64,000 nucleotides of DNA from Psammoneis japonica (lineage: Eukaryota): contig QPGO01000118.1 in NCBI GenBank assembly GCA_008632985.1, positions 62,001-126,000 of the forward strand. Reading direction: 5' to 3'. Below are positions 35,860 to 46,900 of this stretch, piece after piece; positions within the stretch are counted from its first letter, which is position 1; each line of letters opens with the position of its first letter. The notes under the pieces are model-generated. The model did no database searches. It was given only the letters and a program-made list of their open reading frames with translations, and had not been told where the DNA came from. The position numbers and the translations under genes were made by a program.

Positions 35860-36873
35860 ATGAAGCTTGTTATTGATTTGTCATTTGTGCTGCTAGTCGT
35901 CGCATCGGTGGCAACGAGTGCGACTGCTTTTCAGGCTCCAACAACACGTGTCGCTCATGTTGGAATCCGCGTTCCTGCGGTGACAAACAGTTATTTCCAT
36001 CCCGGTAGCTCTGTCGTTGGTTGCAAAAGCACAACTACTACTCGTCTCCAAATGGCAGCTAAAAACGACGACAAGAAAAAGAATCGTATCGCGTTTGGGC
36101 ATCAACTCTGTTCGTTTCTCTTTTTTGCAGTCACGGTGGGCATTCTGTACAACAAGCTCAACAGTCCTGGCGGCTGGGGTTTGCCGGTTTTTGCCGCATC
36201 CGGCCCTTACCTTGCCGCGGGGGTCTCGTCCATTTTATCCGATGCCGCCTCGGCGGATCGGTTAGAGTCGGACACGTACAAACGTTTGGCCTTGTTTCAA
36301 ACCGAATTCAATCTCTGTGGCATTTCCACCCTCATTCTAGCTTTGGGTGGGACGACACTCCGGGAGCAACTCTTTTATGGCTTGTCGCTTGCCTCGTTTT
36401 TATCATTTTCTCCCACTCTGGCGGGATACAAGAATGGTAAACCCAAGTTGTTTAGCGATATTGGTGGTGTCATCAAGGGGTTCTTCACGTGCAAGAATTT
36501 AAATGCATTCGTCTACTTGGTGGGCACGTGGTTTGTCGCATCCCTCAAGGTATTCAAGCTCGTCGACATGATCAATCTAGCCAGAGCTGGCAATCCCGCC
36601 AAGACCCTGGTCACTCGCGCCATTCGTTTTGGACGCTTGGCGCTCTTGACGGGTGTCATGCTTGTACTCAAGGATGCGGCAGATCGTGATCGGTTGCAGG
36701 GAACCACCTTTATCGACCTCAACTACTTGGCAGCCATTACGTTTGGTGCCATGGCCTATTACCTCAAGACTGTCAAGGGTGCCAATGATCCGCTGGTTTG
36801 GGTTACGGCTGGTTATTCTGTTTTTACAGTGCTAAATGGGCGTATTGCCTCGGTGGAAAAGTCAAAAAAGTAA
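35860..36873 (+). CDS. Plastid-targeted uncharacterised membrane protein
   Basis: Signal peptide + ATA-FQAP (ASAFAP-like) + Ser/Thr-rich transit peptide; internally duplicated DAA.xDRL..TY/F motif. Confidence 0.8.
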   Translation: MKLVIDLSFVLLVVASVATSATAFQAPTTRVAHVGIRVPAVTNSYFHPGSSVVGCKSTTTTRLQMAAKNDDKKKNRIAFGHQLCSFLFFAVTVGILYNKLNSPGGWGLPVFAASGPYLAAGVSSILSDAASADRLESDTYKRLALFQTEFNLCGISTLILALGGTTLREQLFYGLSLASFLSFSPTLAGYKNGKPKLFSDIGGVIKGFFTCKNLNAFVYLVGTWFVASLKVFKLVDMINLARAGNPAKTLVTRAIRFGRLALLTGVMLVLKDAADRDRLQGTTFIDLNYLAAITFGAMAYYLKTVKGANDPLVWVTAGYSVFTVLNGRIASVEKSKK

Positions 36874-37356
36874 GACCGTGATTGTATCTGTATGTTGAAA
36901 AGAAGAGGAAGCAAATGTTGGCTTGATTGACTCGAGATCTACCAGACAGGTGCGCTAGCTATGAATATTAACGTGTAGTAGGAAGTCGCGAATATGCGTT
37001 CGTTANAACTTTTCTCTCGAATCGAGTAGCAAGTTACAACCGTACGCCAAGAAGAAATTACGTTGGCTTGATCGGCTTACGATCCACCTAACGGGTACAT
37101 GAGCTATCAATGAGAGTGAGAAAGTAGAAGTCGCCGGTATATGATGTTAGTTGCAAACATTCGTCTTTCGTATATCTCTAGTAGTCATGTCTTCAACTAA
37201 ATCCTGCATGCAGAATGCTGCCACAACGACATAACCTACTAGTAGCTTGCATTTCAGAAAGTAAAATGGCAATTACGGTATGTAAAATTCCATATGCAAG
37301 ATACTAAAATTCTAATGGGTCCAACGGCAGTGGCTTTCGTCCAATAGGCTATCGTA

Positions 37357-39092
37357 CTAAGCCATTTCAGCCTTTTCAAACGACAAATCATCGTCAAAGT
37401 CATCCGCCGAAACCACCTGAGAAAATTGACCTCTTGGTGACACTGTACTTACACCAGCGTGAGAGCGACGCCTCTTGATGATGAAAACGACAACAAGTAC
37501 AATGGAAACTCCCACGGCGGCTGCAACCGCGGCAAATATGGTACTGGAGCTGCTGTCGTTGCTCTCGTCTTCATGGGGTGCGCCCAAGGACACCTCTGCT
37601 TTGACCTTTTCAGAAGATACCTCGGCATCGTCCGAAGAAGAAGAAGAAGACTCTTCCTCCTCGGTGGATGACGAAGGCCATTCTTCCTTTTCTTCCTCTT
37701 CAGCCGTGGTAGTCCCACTATCGTGAGTTGTTCCTCCTCCGTTGCACACAAGGTTGAAATTGCTGTAGCGTTCAATGATATTCTTGTTAGACCCAGATTC
37801 TTGATAGACACGTTTGCAGGTATCCGGTAGTTCCGACGCAGTCAGCTTGGGTGGTGCCACAATCGACACGGGAGGTTCAGGCTCCAAGGCGCATTTCTCC
37901 ATAACTTCTACACACGAAAAAGAAGTCTTGTCGGCAGCCGGGAGGCACTTGTCGAGAGCAATCAGTTCATCTTCACACATGTCATCCAGTGCATGGCAAC
38001 CAATTCCAAGCAAGCACGTTGCCTTTTTCAAAAGCGACAAGGGAAGCTTCAAACCACCCTTGGGGATCATATCTTCAAAGCCCTCTGGCACTTCTACATC
38101 ATCGGGAAGCGGAACCTTGTATACGCAGGTAGGGAGTGCGTCACCAAAGTCAGACACGCACTTGCAAATCTTGTCGGGATTGTGGTAAACGCTGCGTAGC
38201 AAGTCTCCCACCGGATTGTCACCCAATATGTCATCCAAGCAATCGCTATAATCTTCCAAATTGACCTCTGACGCACCCATGGTGAGGGCCATGCCCGAGA
38301 CAGCGTCTTGGGCTTCCTCACAATGTTCTCCAATCTTGGCAAGCACGTCGTCGTCCAAGTCATCCGAGATAAATCCTGAAAATAGAAAAAGTAGTAGGCA
38401 CATGCATAAGAGTGAGTTTCTGAACCCAGTCGAAAGCCGGGGACCAACTTAAGAATATCCACATCACTGTCTATGCGTTTTATCAACTCACCAGCACACG
38501 TATTGAAAGTATCAATGGCTTCCTTCACGTCTGTTTCTTGCTGCGGAGTGCAATCCTCTTCATCGTCTTCTTTGAGACCCAACAAAATATCACCCGGTGA
38601 TGTAAACGCACCCATCATGGATGCAAAGTCGCCGTCTTCTTGTCCGTCTTCGGGAATACCACCGCCGCCACCCATCATGGCACCCATCATGACTTGCATC
38701 ATCATTTCTTCTAAATCGACATTACACTGTTCCATTTTCTCCGAAATGGCTGGATCAAACAAGCCGCCCATCATGTTGAAATCATCGTCATCGCCTCCCA
38801 GAAAATCAAACACCTCCTCCAGATTACGTTCCTGTTGAACAATAGCGCTGGTCACTTCTGTCAATGCAGACAAGACGCGATGGCTGTTGGTGGGATCCTG
38901 TAAAATATCATGTGAACAAGATAGCCGAAGCGTGAAACATGAGAGCGGAATACGCGAGGGCAATTATTGAAAAATCTCATACACTGAAAAATCGGCAATT
39001 TCTCGGGGTTTCTAGATTTTCAAACCACTGACCTTTTGCGCCTCATGAATCCAACCAAGGCCATAAACGAGAGCTTGTGAAAGAAAACGCAT
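37357..39092 (-). CDS. Cys-rich, acidic single-pass membrane protein, join(39092..39033,38897..38492,38375..37357)
   Basis: Two GT-AG introns join the ORFs in frame; C-terminal TM helix followed by KRRRS. Confidence 0.7.
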
Positions 39093-39547
39093 ATCGTGTA
39101 ATATTAGAAGTGAAGGAGAGTGTATCGTTTCGTTCTTTTTGTATTAAAAGTTGCCAGTCACAACACCGACAGCACAACGCGATAGGCCTACGCGATGCGC
39201 TCCCGCGAACATCGCGCGAAGTTCGGGTTTACCGTACTGTAGGTTCTGGTATCTTTCTACTTTACGTGATGAGGCGTTGGGCAGTTCAGTCGTGTTGTCC
39301 AATGTACGAGAAAGTGAAGTACAAACCTACGTAAGAGTTTCTTGCTCAAAAACGCGCGAACTCCACACCCAAGCACATCGGCCCAATTGGGCGTTCTCAA
39401 ATTCTGAACTCAAACCGCCGAAAGACGTGAAAGACGTCGTCTCAAGAACCAAGAACGAACGCATTGGAATGAAAGGAATAAATCGCAAACATCAAACATC
39501 ATAGATCATAGCAAGAAGAGCACCCAAACTCGTCGCAACTTGAAACG

Positions 39548-40612
39548 ATGGGAAAGAAAAGCAGACGCAACCGGGTCAAGTGCAATTCACAGCTCGTGAG
39601 GACGATTCCAGAGCTAGTCGCTGATTTATACGGGCCGTCTTCACTCGCTGCTTTGAAGAATGTTCACGACCTCGTCGTTGTACCGATAAGCAGTCGTCTC
39701 GTAGGAGCCGTTGTTCGTTCAGGCGGTTTGGATGCTATTACGCGTCTCATGCGTACCCACAATCAAGATACAAGAGTTCAACACTGGGGTTGCCGTCTTC
39801 TTTGTGAGGCAGGGCTAGAAGGTAGCGACGACAGCAAACGAGCTATTGCTACGAGCGGAGGAGTCCCCGTTGTAATTACCTCTTTGAGCTTTTGGGTTGC
39901 TCAAGAACTGCCGTACAATGAAACGACAGCATTCGCAGCGTCCGTAGCTAATTGCATGATCCTCTTGTGTATGATGTCTCAGTACGGTGAAAATGTTGGG
40001 AAACTCATGCTAGATTCTGGCGGGTTCGCATGGGTTGTGGAAATCTTGAAGCGTACACGTGCTTTCAGCGTAGAAGAGAGTAAACGGGTCCTTTGTACTG
40101 AAGCGCTTCGTTTGATGCACGAAATCACAACACGCACCGTTTGTTATGAAAATTACAACAGCGAGGAACTCTCATCCTTTGTTACTGAAATAATACGTTA
40201 TGGAGGCATTCCAAACGTTCTGGCTACCTTGGCGTACTTTCCAGGCGAAGATGACATCCTACGGTTCGGGAATTGGATGATACTGGTCATGTCGTCCGTA
40301 GAATGGGGTGGCAACCCTTCACACGTCCTTGCTGCTAGCGGTGACACCGTCATGAAAGACATCCTGGAACGCAATGTGTCTCGTAATCCGGAGCTTGCCA
40401 ATATGGCACGTATTGCAATTGATCTACTACAAGAAGTTGTTCCTAATTGTCGCCACTGTGATAGGGAATCCGTTGATATGATGGTTTGCAGCCGTTGCGG
40501 TATTACCTGGTACTGCAACGATGGATGCATTGCAGCCGACTGGACGAACCACATGGCTGAGTGCAACGTGGCTCGGTGGAGACTTCGAAGGAACCAAGAA
40601 GCCCACTCTTGA
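39548..40612 (+). CDS. Armadillo-like repeat + MYND zinc-finger protein
   Basis: SGGLDAITRLM / SGGVPVVI ARM-like units; CRHC..CSRC..YCNDGCIAADWTNHMAEC. Confidence 0.85.
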   Translation: MGKKSRRNRVKCNSQLVRTIPELVADLYGPSSLAALKNVHDLVVVPISSRLVGAVVRSGGLDAITRLMRTHNQDTRVQHWGCRLLCEAGLEGSDDSKRAIATSGGVPVVITSLSFWVAQELPYNETTAFAASVANCMILLCMMSQYGENVGKLMLDSGGFAWVVEILKRTRAFSVEESKRVLCTEALRLMHEITTRTVCYENYNSEELSSFVTEIIRYGGIPNVLATLAYFPGEDDILRFGNWMILVMSSVEWGGNPSHVLAASGDTVMKDILERNVSRNPELANMARIAIDLLQEVVPNCRHCDRESVDMMVCSRCGITWYCNDGCIAADWTNHMAECNVARWRLRRNQEAHS

Positions 40613-41436
40613 TAGGCATGCCACGACGCTGGAGACACCTTTATCTACCGCTTTGGAATCTACAAAATGCCAAGGGGGTCAGAGTATATATTGTGACAAT
40701 TGTTTTGCTAGCTTGGAGCCAGTGAACTCAGTTTTCGAGACACGTGACAGGAAAGGGTTTGACTTTCGTCTGTACTAGATGTAGCAGCGCCGACGTTGCT
40801 TGTATCCAGATCACTTTTTTGCGATGCAGCTTGTACTTCCCGGAAAGCATCAAACAAGAGGAATGAGAGATTTGGAGTCTTTTGTTTCCATAGCCTATGA
40901 ACTAGTAGGTATCACGCAGCACATGCTATCTTCTCTTTTGAATGCTCACTCCAAATATGACATAGTCAAGCCACTGGATAAACCTTACTTTTCATTTCGC
41001 CTAGCGCCTGCCCATGATCCCATCATCTTCCCATTACTTTCCCCAGGAACTCAAAATTCATCTCGCGCGTACTTCTGATCGAGAAAGCCTTGTAGGCCCT
41101 CTAGCCATTCAAATGTCGATGAGTCGCTCACCAGAATACATTGGGCGTCGCTTATGTCTTGCTTGCTTTATCTACTGTACGATGAGCTCTGGTAATAAAA
41201 CAGGCGACCATGGTGGGCTACTCTCTCTAGCTAGAGGGCTGGTAGCTTGGCATAGCTGTTTTTGGGCCAAGAAAAAAAAAAGTAATAGCTTCTTCCATGC
41301 ATGGTCTTGCCATTGTACGGACGTGAGGAAAACCGCGCCGCAATCAATAGAACTCGCACGCAAAACACACAACACACAATCAGCACACACCGCAACACAT
41401 CAGAATATCAACAGGCATCATCATACAGTAACCACC

Positions 41437-42519
41437 ATGGGAAAGAAAAGCAGACGCATGCGAGTCAAAAGAGGGTCACAGCCTCTTGAGACGATTCAAG
41501 CTCTCGTCGCTGCCTTGCCTAGGAAGTGCGTATCTGACAATGACGTAGACGGGGCCTGCGGCGTTTTGAAGTGTCTTTGCGAACTTGTCCAGCAGTGCGA
41601 CGACTTGCACAAAGCGCGTAGCTGCACCGTAGCTATTGTTCGAGCTGGCGTAATAAGCACCATCCTTACTCTCATGCGTGAGAACCCACAAGTCGTGCTC
41701 ATTCAAACTCTGTGTTGTATGCTGCTTGACGATGCAGCGGAAATCAAAGGCATTGGCGACAAAGTCAAACGGGCCATTGTGGAGAGCGGTGGAATCCATA
41801 CTGTGATTGCTTCCGTAAACACACTTATCGCGCAGCAAAAGTATCAAAACGAGGAAGAAATCGTGGCATGCTGCTTTTTATGCTCACTTCGCCTGTTGGA
41901 TGTCGTATCTAGTGATAATTTCATCGAAGCTGTACGCGAAGCCGGCGGCGTCGCTATGGCTGTGGAGATCCTCAAGCATTCACGGGCTCTAAGCCTACAA
42001 AACTTTCAGAAGTTCCTTTGTGACTGGTCACTAAATTTGATGAATACAATGTTAGTAATGACTAAAAGCAAAGGCATTGAAGATTTCTCATCCGTGGTAT
42101 CTGAAATCCTTGGTTGTGGAGGCCTTCCAAACATTCTCGCTAGTCTGAAGCGATTTCCTGACGAAGCAAGCATCCAAAGTAACGGAACCAGGTTGATGTT
42201 AGTTTTGTCTTGCTCGACGTATGGTGGCAGCCGTGTAGCCACCCTTGCTGCTGGTGGTGACATTGTCATGAATGATGTCCTGGAACGAAATGGGCCGCGT
42301 GATCCTAAAATTTCAGAGTTGGCGGAGAAGGTGTGCAACCTAGTACAAGATGTTGTTCCTCAGTGTCGCTATTGTGGTAAGGAAGCCGAGGACATGATGG
42401 TGTGCAACCGCTGTGATATTGCTTGGTACTGCAATGATGATTGCATTGCAGCGGATTGGACAAATCACAAGGCTGCTTGTAATGCGGCAAGGTGGAGGCC
42501 TCGCCGGAACCAAGGTTAG
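41437..42519 (+). CDS. Armadillo-like repeat + MYND zinc-finger protein (tandem paralogue)
   Basis: Same MGKKSRR start; CRYC..CNRC..YCNDDCIAADWTNHKAAC. Confidence 0.85.
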   Translation: MGKKSRRMRVKRGSQPLETIQALVAALPRKCVSDNDVDGACGVLKCLCELVQQCDDLHKARSCTVAIVRAGVISTILTLMRENPQVVLIQTLCCMLLDDAAEIKGIGDKVKRAIVESGGIHTVIASVNTLIAQQKYQNEEEIVACCFLCSLRLLDVVSSDNFIEAVREAGGVAMAVEILKHSRALSLQNFQKFLCDWSLNLMNTMLVMTKSKGIEDFSSVVSEILGCGGLPNILASLKRFPDEASIQSNGTRLMLVLSCSTYGGSRVATLAAGGDIVMNDVLERNGPRDPKISELAEKVCNLVQDVVPQCRYCGKEAEDMMVCNRCDIAWYCNDDCIAADWTNHKAACNAARWRPRRNQG

Positions 42520-43054
42520 TCTTTTGTGAGGCATTGACTGAGCTTGAGAAACTTTTGTTCTATTGGAATTGGGAATAAATAAGGGTTTAGGAATCATATC
42601 ACTAGCTTGGAGCTCGTGAACAGAAAAGGTCCCTGTACCGGTACTCAAGAGAGAGGAGAAATTCCTACCTGGTATTGCGACGCGTACATACGGCTTGTAC
42701 ACAAGTCAGTTTCCGGTTTGCTGGCAAGAAAGGGTAGAGAAACAGCTACGAGAGACTTGGAGTCTTTCGTGTAGACCTAGATATGAACTGTAGGCTCAAT
42801 ACGCTCAATACTTTCCATGAAAATGTCGCTCTACATTTCGATGCTCCTCTAGCTCTAGATTAGCAACGAGTCGATCTGTCCGACATTGTATTTTTCCATC
42901 TACATGTCCTTGGATATTTTATCAACTTTGCCACGCCATAACGCTCTCTTTTTCTTGTTCCATTACATTTTGTGTGAAAAGAAAAGCTTGAACACCCTTT
43001 ATTGAATCATCAACAGATACGAGTTCCCCGGTTTGTCGTCTGCATTTGCAGGAG

Positions 43055-44523
43055 CTAGGTGTTAACATGACCGTAAGGAGACCCCACTAGGATTCCGAGT
43101 AAATCCAGCTTTGCTTTTTCGGGGTCTTTTCTCTCCTGAAAAAAGAGCAACGAAAGCTCCTCCTCTTCTGCCTTTGAAACTGTGTCATACGGTGTCATGG
43201 TCCAAACTTCGAGATTTGAGATATTAAATTCTTCCCCGCGTTTCCCCAGGTTGGTTAGACACGGATTGGCAAACGTCTCGGACGTGCTAGTGGAACCGCG
43301 TGCAAGGCTCTTGTCGACAAACAAGGCTGATCCATAGTGCTCACCAGTCCCGCCATTGTCTTCCAGTTCACCATTTCCTAGAGTGATGCCGTCTCGGCTA
43401 CAGCACTGAACGGCATTGTTTGACTGCGCGTATGGAAAGACCTCCAGCTCACCCTCCATGGCAGCCATTTCGGTTGGAGAAAGAGACCGAGTCAGACGAG
43501 ACTTTCTCAGTCTCCACAAGAACGATTCTCTACTTCCAAAATACCGTCCGTTGGATAGTCGCCATGGAAAAGACGTAAACGAGCCAAACACGTAGCCCTC
43601 GGTTGTCTCAATGGCAAGAACCGTGTGTGTCGAACCACGCACCGATCGGAGCAATTTCATCAGGCCGGGACCATCACGAACAAGAGAGTACTTGAGCCAA
43701 AAGTGTGTTTCGGTTAATGATTCTGGCATGAAGGCTTGGATACCCTCCATAAGTGGAGGCGACAAGACATGAGGGTGTGCCGAGACATCATCCGCTGCCG
43801 TTCCCAGTATTTGAAACGAAGAAGCTTGCTCCATAAGCGGAGCACCATGGTCGTCAACCTCGACACCTTGATCACCATCTAACCAGGAAATAACCTCTGC
43901 TAAATCCCTCTCGGTTGAGTGTTCACTATCTTCTGGCTTGTGATCACTGACACCAATAGAAGTTGTCGCTGATGCTGTTCTGCTGCTGAGTCGACGCAAC
44001 ATCATGGATGGGCGCATAGAACCCCGTTCGTGAAACGAAATAGTTCTTGTTGAAGCTTGGAATTTCTTCTGACAATTACTGGTGGAGCTTCTCGTTTCTC
44101 TTCATCGGCTAGCGGGAATAACGTTTCGTCCGAAAGCCGTTCACTCGCCTGCTTCATGGTTTTCGGATCGGCGGATTTCAGCACTTTTTCCAGATACGCT
44201 CGCTCGCTGTCCGTCAGAGAAGCACGCAGCGAACTCGACTTTATCGACGATCTGGCACTATTCCCGTTCGAGTTTCCATCCCGGTCGATATTACTTGTTC
44301 CATAAGTAGAAGAAAAAAAGGACGATGCGGCTGAGGACCTGCCGCTGTCGGAGCCGAAGTCCATAGGGCCAGACGTAAACAGAGGCGCCATTCTATGCAT
44401 AACCATGGCGTTCAGTAGGCCCTGTCGAGCTTCCTGAACCTCTGGTGGTGAATTCTCGCCATCTGGGGACAAGCCAATGCTTGAGGAATGCGCTAGTTTC
44501 TTGCGTTGGGGCGTTTTCTCCAT
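43055..44523 (-). CDS. TLDc-domain (OXR1/NCOA7-like) protein; 1-nt frameshift near 44032
   Basis: WLKYSLVRDG, VLAIETTEGYVFGSF, YFGSRESFLW, STSETFANPCL, LEVW. Confidence 0.85.
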
Positions 44524-45119
44524 GGTGAGGTAGACTAGGGCGTGGTGTGGGAGGAGAGAGGGAGAGGATAGTACCGTCCTACCTAGAAGAATCTGAATGA
44601 TTCCAAAAATCATGTTCAACTGACGGGCACATGCAGGTCCATAAGTAACCATTGAAGATATATCTAATATATGATATACATAAATTGCTCACATATATAT
44701 GTTATCTATTTAATGTTTTCTTGATTATTATAATTTCATTCAACCTCTGATAAAATATATACAAAAGAGACACCCTTGATGAGGGGCGCGGCGGGTGAAG
44801 GACGGGCCCACTTCAACATGGTGCGTTTCTAAAAAAAAATGAGGGAGTCGCAGTACTTTTTCTACGTGGATTTTGCGTAGATTTGAGTCGCGAGTTGTGA
44901 TCGAAGGTGTCAAAAGTGAAAGTTCCTGCTCTTCCCACACTTGATAACTTACGCACCTGTTGTACTGCATCCCTCGTGCAAACGAATCTCCTGATAACCC
45001 ATAGTGACGGCAAAAGAACAAGGAAGATAGCTAAGTTGGTGTGGGTTCAGCTCTTGAGATCGGCTGAAGCTTTTCTTTTACGTTCAGAGTTGGATTTCTT
45101 GAAATCTTGTGACCAGAAC

Positions 45120-46790
45120 ATGCTATCCGGAGGAGCTTCTTCGTGTCGATTCGTGACACTAACCTCAACACGGTCTGCTGGATTTTCTGGAGGGAGCAGA
45201 CGTCAGGTGCGAACAACCACAACAGCAACTACAGCGTCGCATGGGACAACGACATGTTGTTCTCACTCCAATCGTCTGGCGAGTGCTAGAACAGAACGAG
45301 CCTTGAGCAGTCACAGCGGACTGGGTGCCACTCACGATTTAACAGCACTCATGTCGTCGCTGTCGGTATCTTCAAGGAATGGAAATCAACGCGTTGCATC
45401 GTCTTATCTAAGTGCAACTACTTCATCCGACAAGCTAGTTACCGTTGAATGCAGTTCACCTGTTTCATCCATATCTTCGGTTCATCACAATTATTATGCT
45501 GGCTCTAATCGATTCAATTCTTCTGAGGGCAACGAATGGAACAACAGTTACGAATTCTATGCTGGTGCATTGCTAGCGATGGCTGGATCAGTCTTGATGA
45601 CATCATCAGTGACTTCTGCTTCGCCTTCTCATTTTGATGCTACTCCCTTGCACCCTCCAAATTTTCAGATCGGAGGAATTGCACCCAACAACAGTCCCAA
45701 AGCAGTGAGACCGGGATCTCCCTCCAAGACTGGCTTGACACCGCCAGCGGGAGACGCGAGACTGGTAAAGAGCAAGGCAGCTACTGACACCAAGCCATTT
45801 CCGTCTTCATATGATGTGAGTATTCCTTACTGATCAATATTCTTAGTATTCTCTAATGAGAAAATCACAGCTCACAAGTTCTCTCATTTGTGTTTTTCAA
45901 AGGTCTCGGTCAAGGCTCTTCAGGGTGCACGACAATACATGGAAGATGAGTACTACATTGGCAAAGGTGGTAAATGTGCCGCAATCTTTGATGGCCACGG
46001 TGGAGGGGAGGTCTCGAAATATCTACAAGAGCGATTGCCGGTTTTGATTGACGAACAATTGAGAATCAAACACTGGGAAGAAACCGACGAGGATGTCACA
46101 GACGCAAGCACGATCCAGCCCTCAATTTCGAGTCGAGTAGGAGCCATTCGATCCGCATTCACACTGATTGATGAAGAGGTGCTGGAGAACAATAAGCTCA
46201 AGAATGTGGGAAGCACCGCTGTTCTGGTTGTTGTTCATGAAGGAGACGATGGCTACAGGACTCTTCTTTCTGCCAATGTTGGAGATAGCCGCGCTATTCT
46301 AAGCAGACGCGGACGAGCGGTTGATCTCACGCGAGACCACAAACCGAATGATGAGAGAGAGAAGACCCGCATTTTATCCATGGGAGAAACAATTGAATGG
46401 GACTACTACAGCAAGGTACATCGGATCCGAAATTTGTCACTCTCTCGATCCATTGGCGACGCCTTTGCCAAGCCAGCTGTAAGCGGTGAGGTGGAAATCA
46501 AGCACTTTCCTGTTGCCGAGGATGGGGACGAATTCATCTTGTTGGCAAGCGACGGACTTTGGGATGTCATGACTTCCCAGCAAGTCGTGGAATTTGTTCA
46601 TGCACGCCTGGCAGATTCACCACCGCCGGGTGCTTCTGACAAGAAGGATGTTGGACGGCTGAAGTATGCACGACGAAAAAACATGGCACGATACGTTGCC
46701 GATGAAGCAATAGCGAGAGGCACTGGCGACAACGTATGCGTTGTCGTTGTTTGGCTGAAAGATGCTAATTTTGCTGCTACTTACGAATAG
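45120..46790 (+). CDS. Protein phosphatase 2C, join(45120..45815,45903..46790)
   Basis: QGARQYMED, IFDGHGG, GSTA, ANVGDSRA, LTRDHKP, LASDGLWDV, GDN; in-frame GT-AG intron; long Ser/Arg-rich N-terminus. Confidence 0.92.
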
Positions 46791-46900
46791 CTGGCTATTG
46801 GAAATGCTCTTGCCCGACGGAAACTGTACAGTACTCATTGAACATTGATATCCCGTACATCTCGTCTTCTATTATAAAACGTACATATATAGTCCGTGTT

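Noticed and set aside
41014..41436. N-terminal extension of the 501-aa ORF
   Set aside because: The paralogue starts at MGKKSRR, so the upstream part is probably non-coding open frame.
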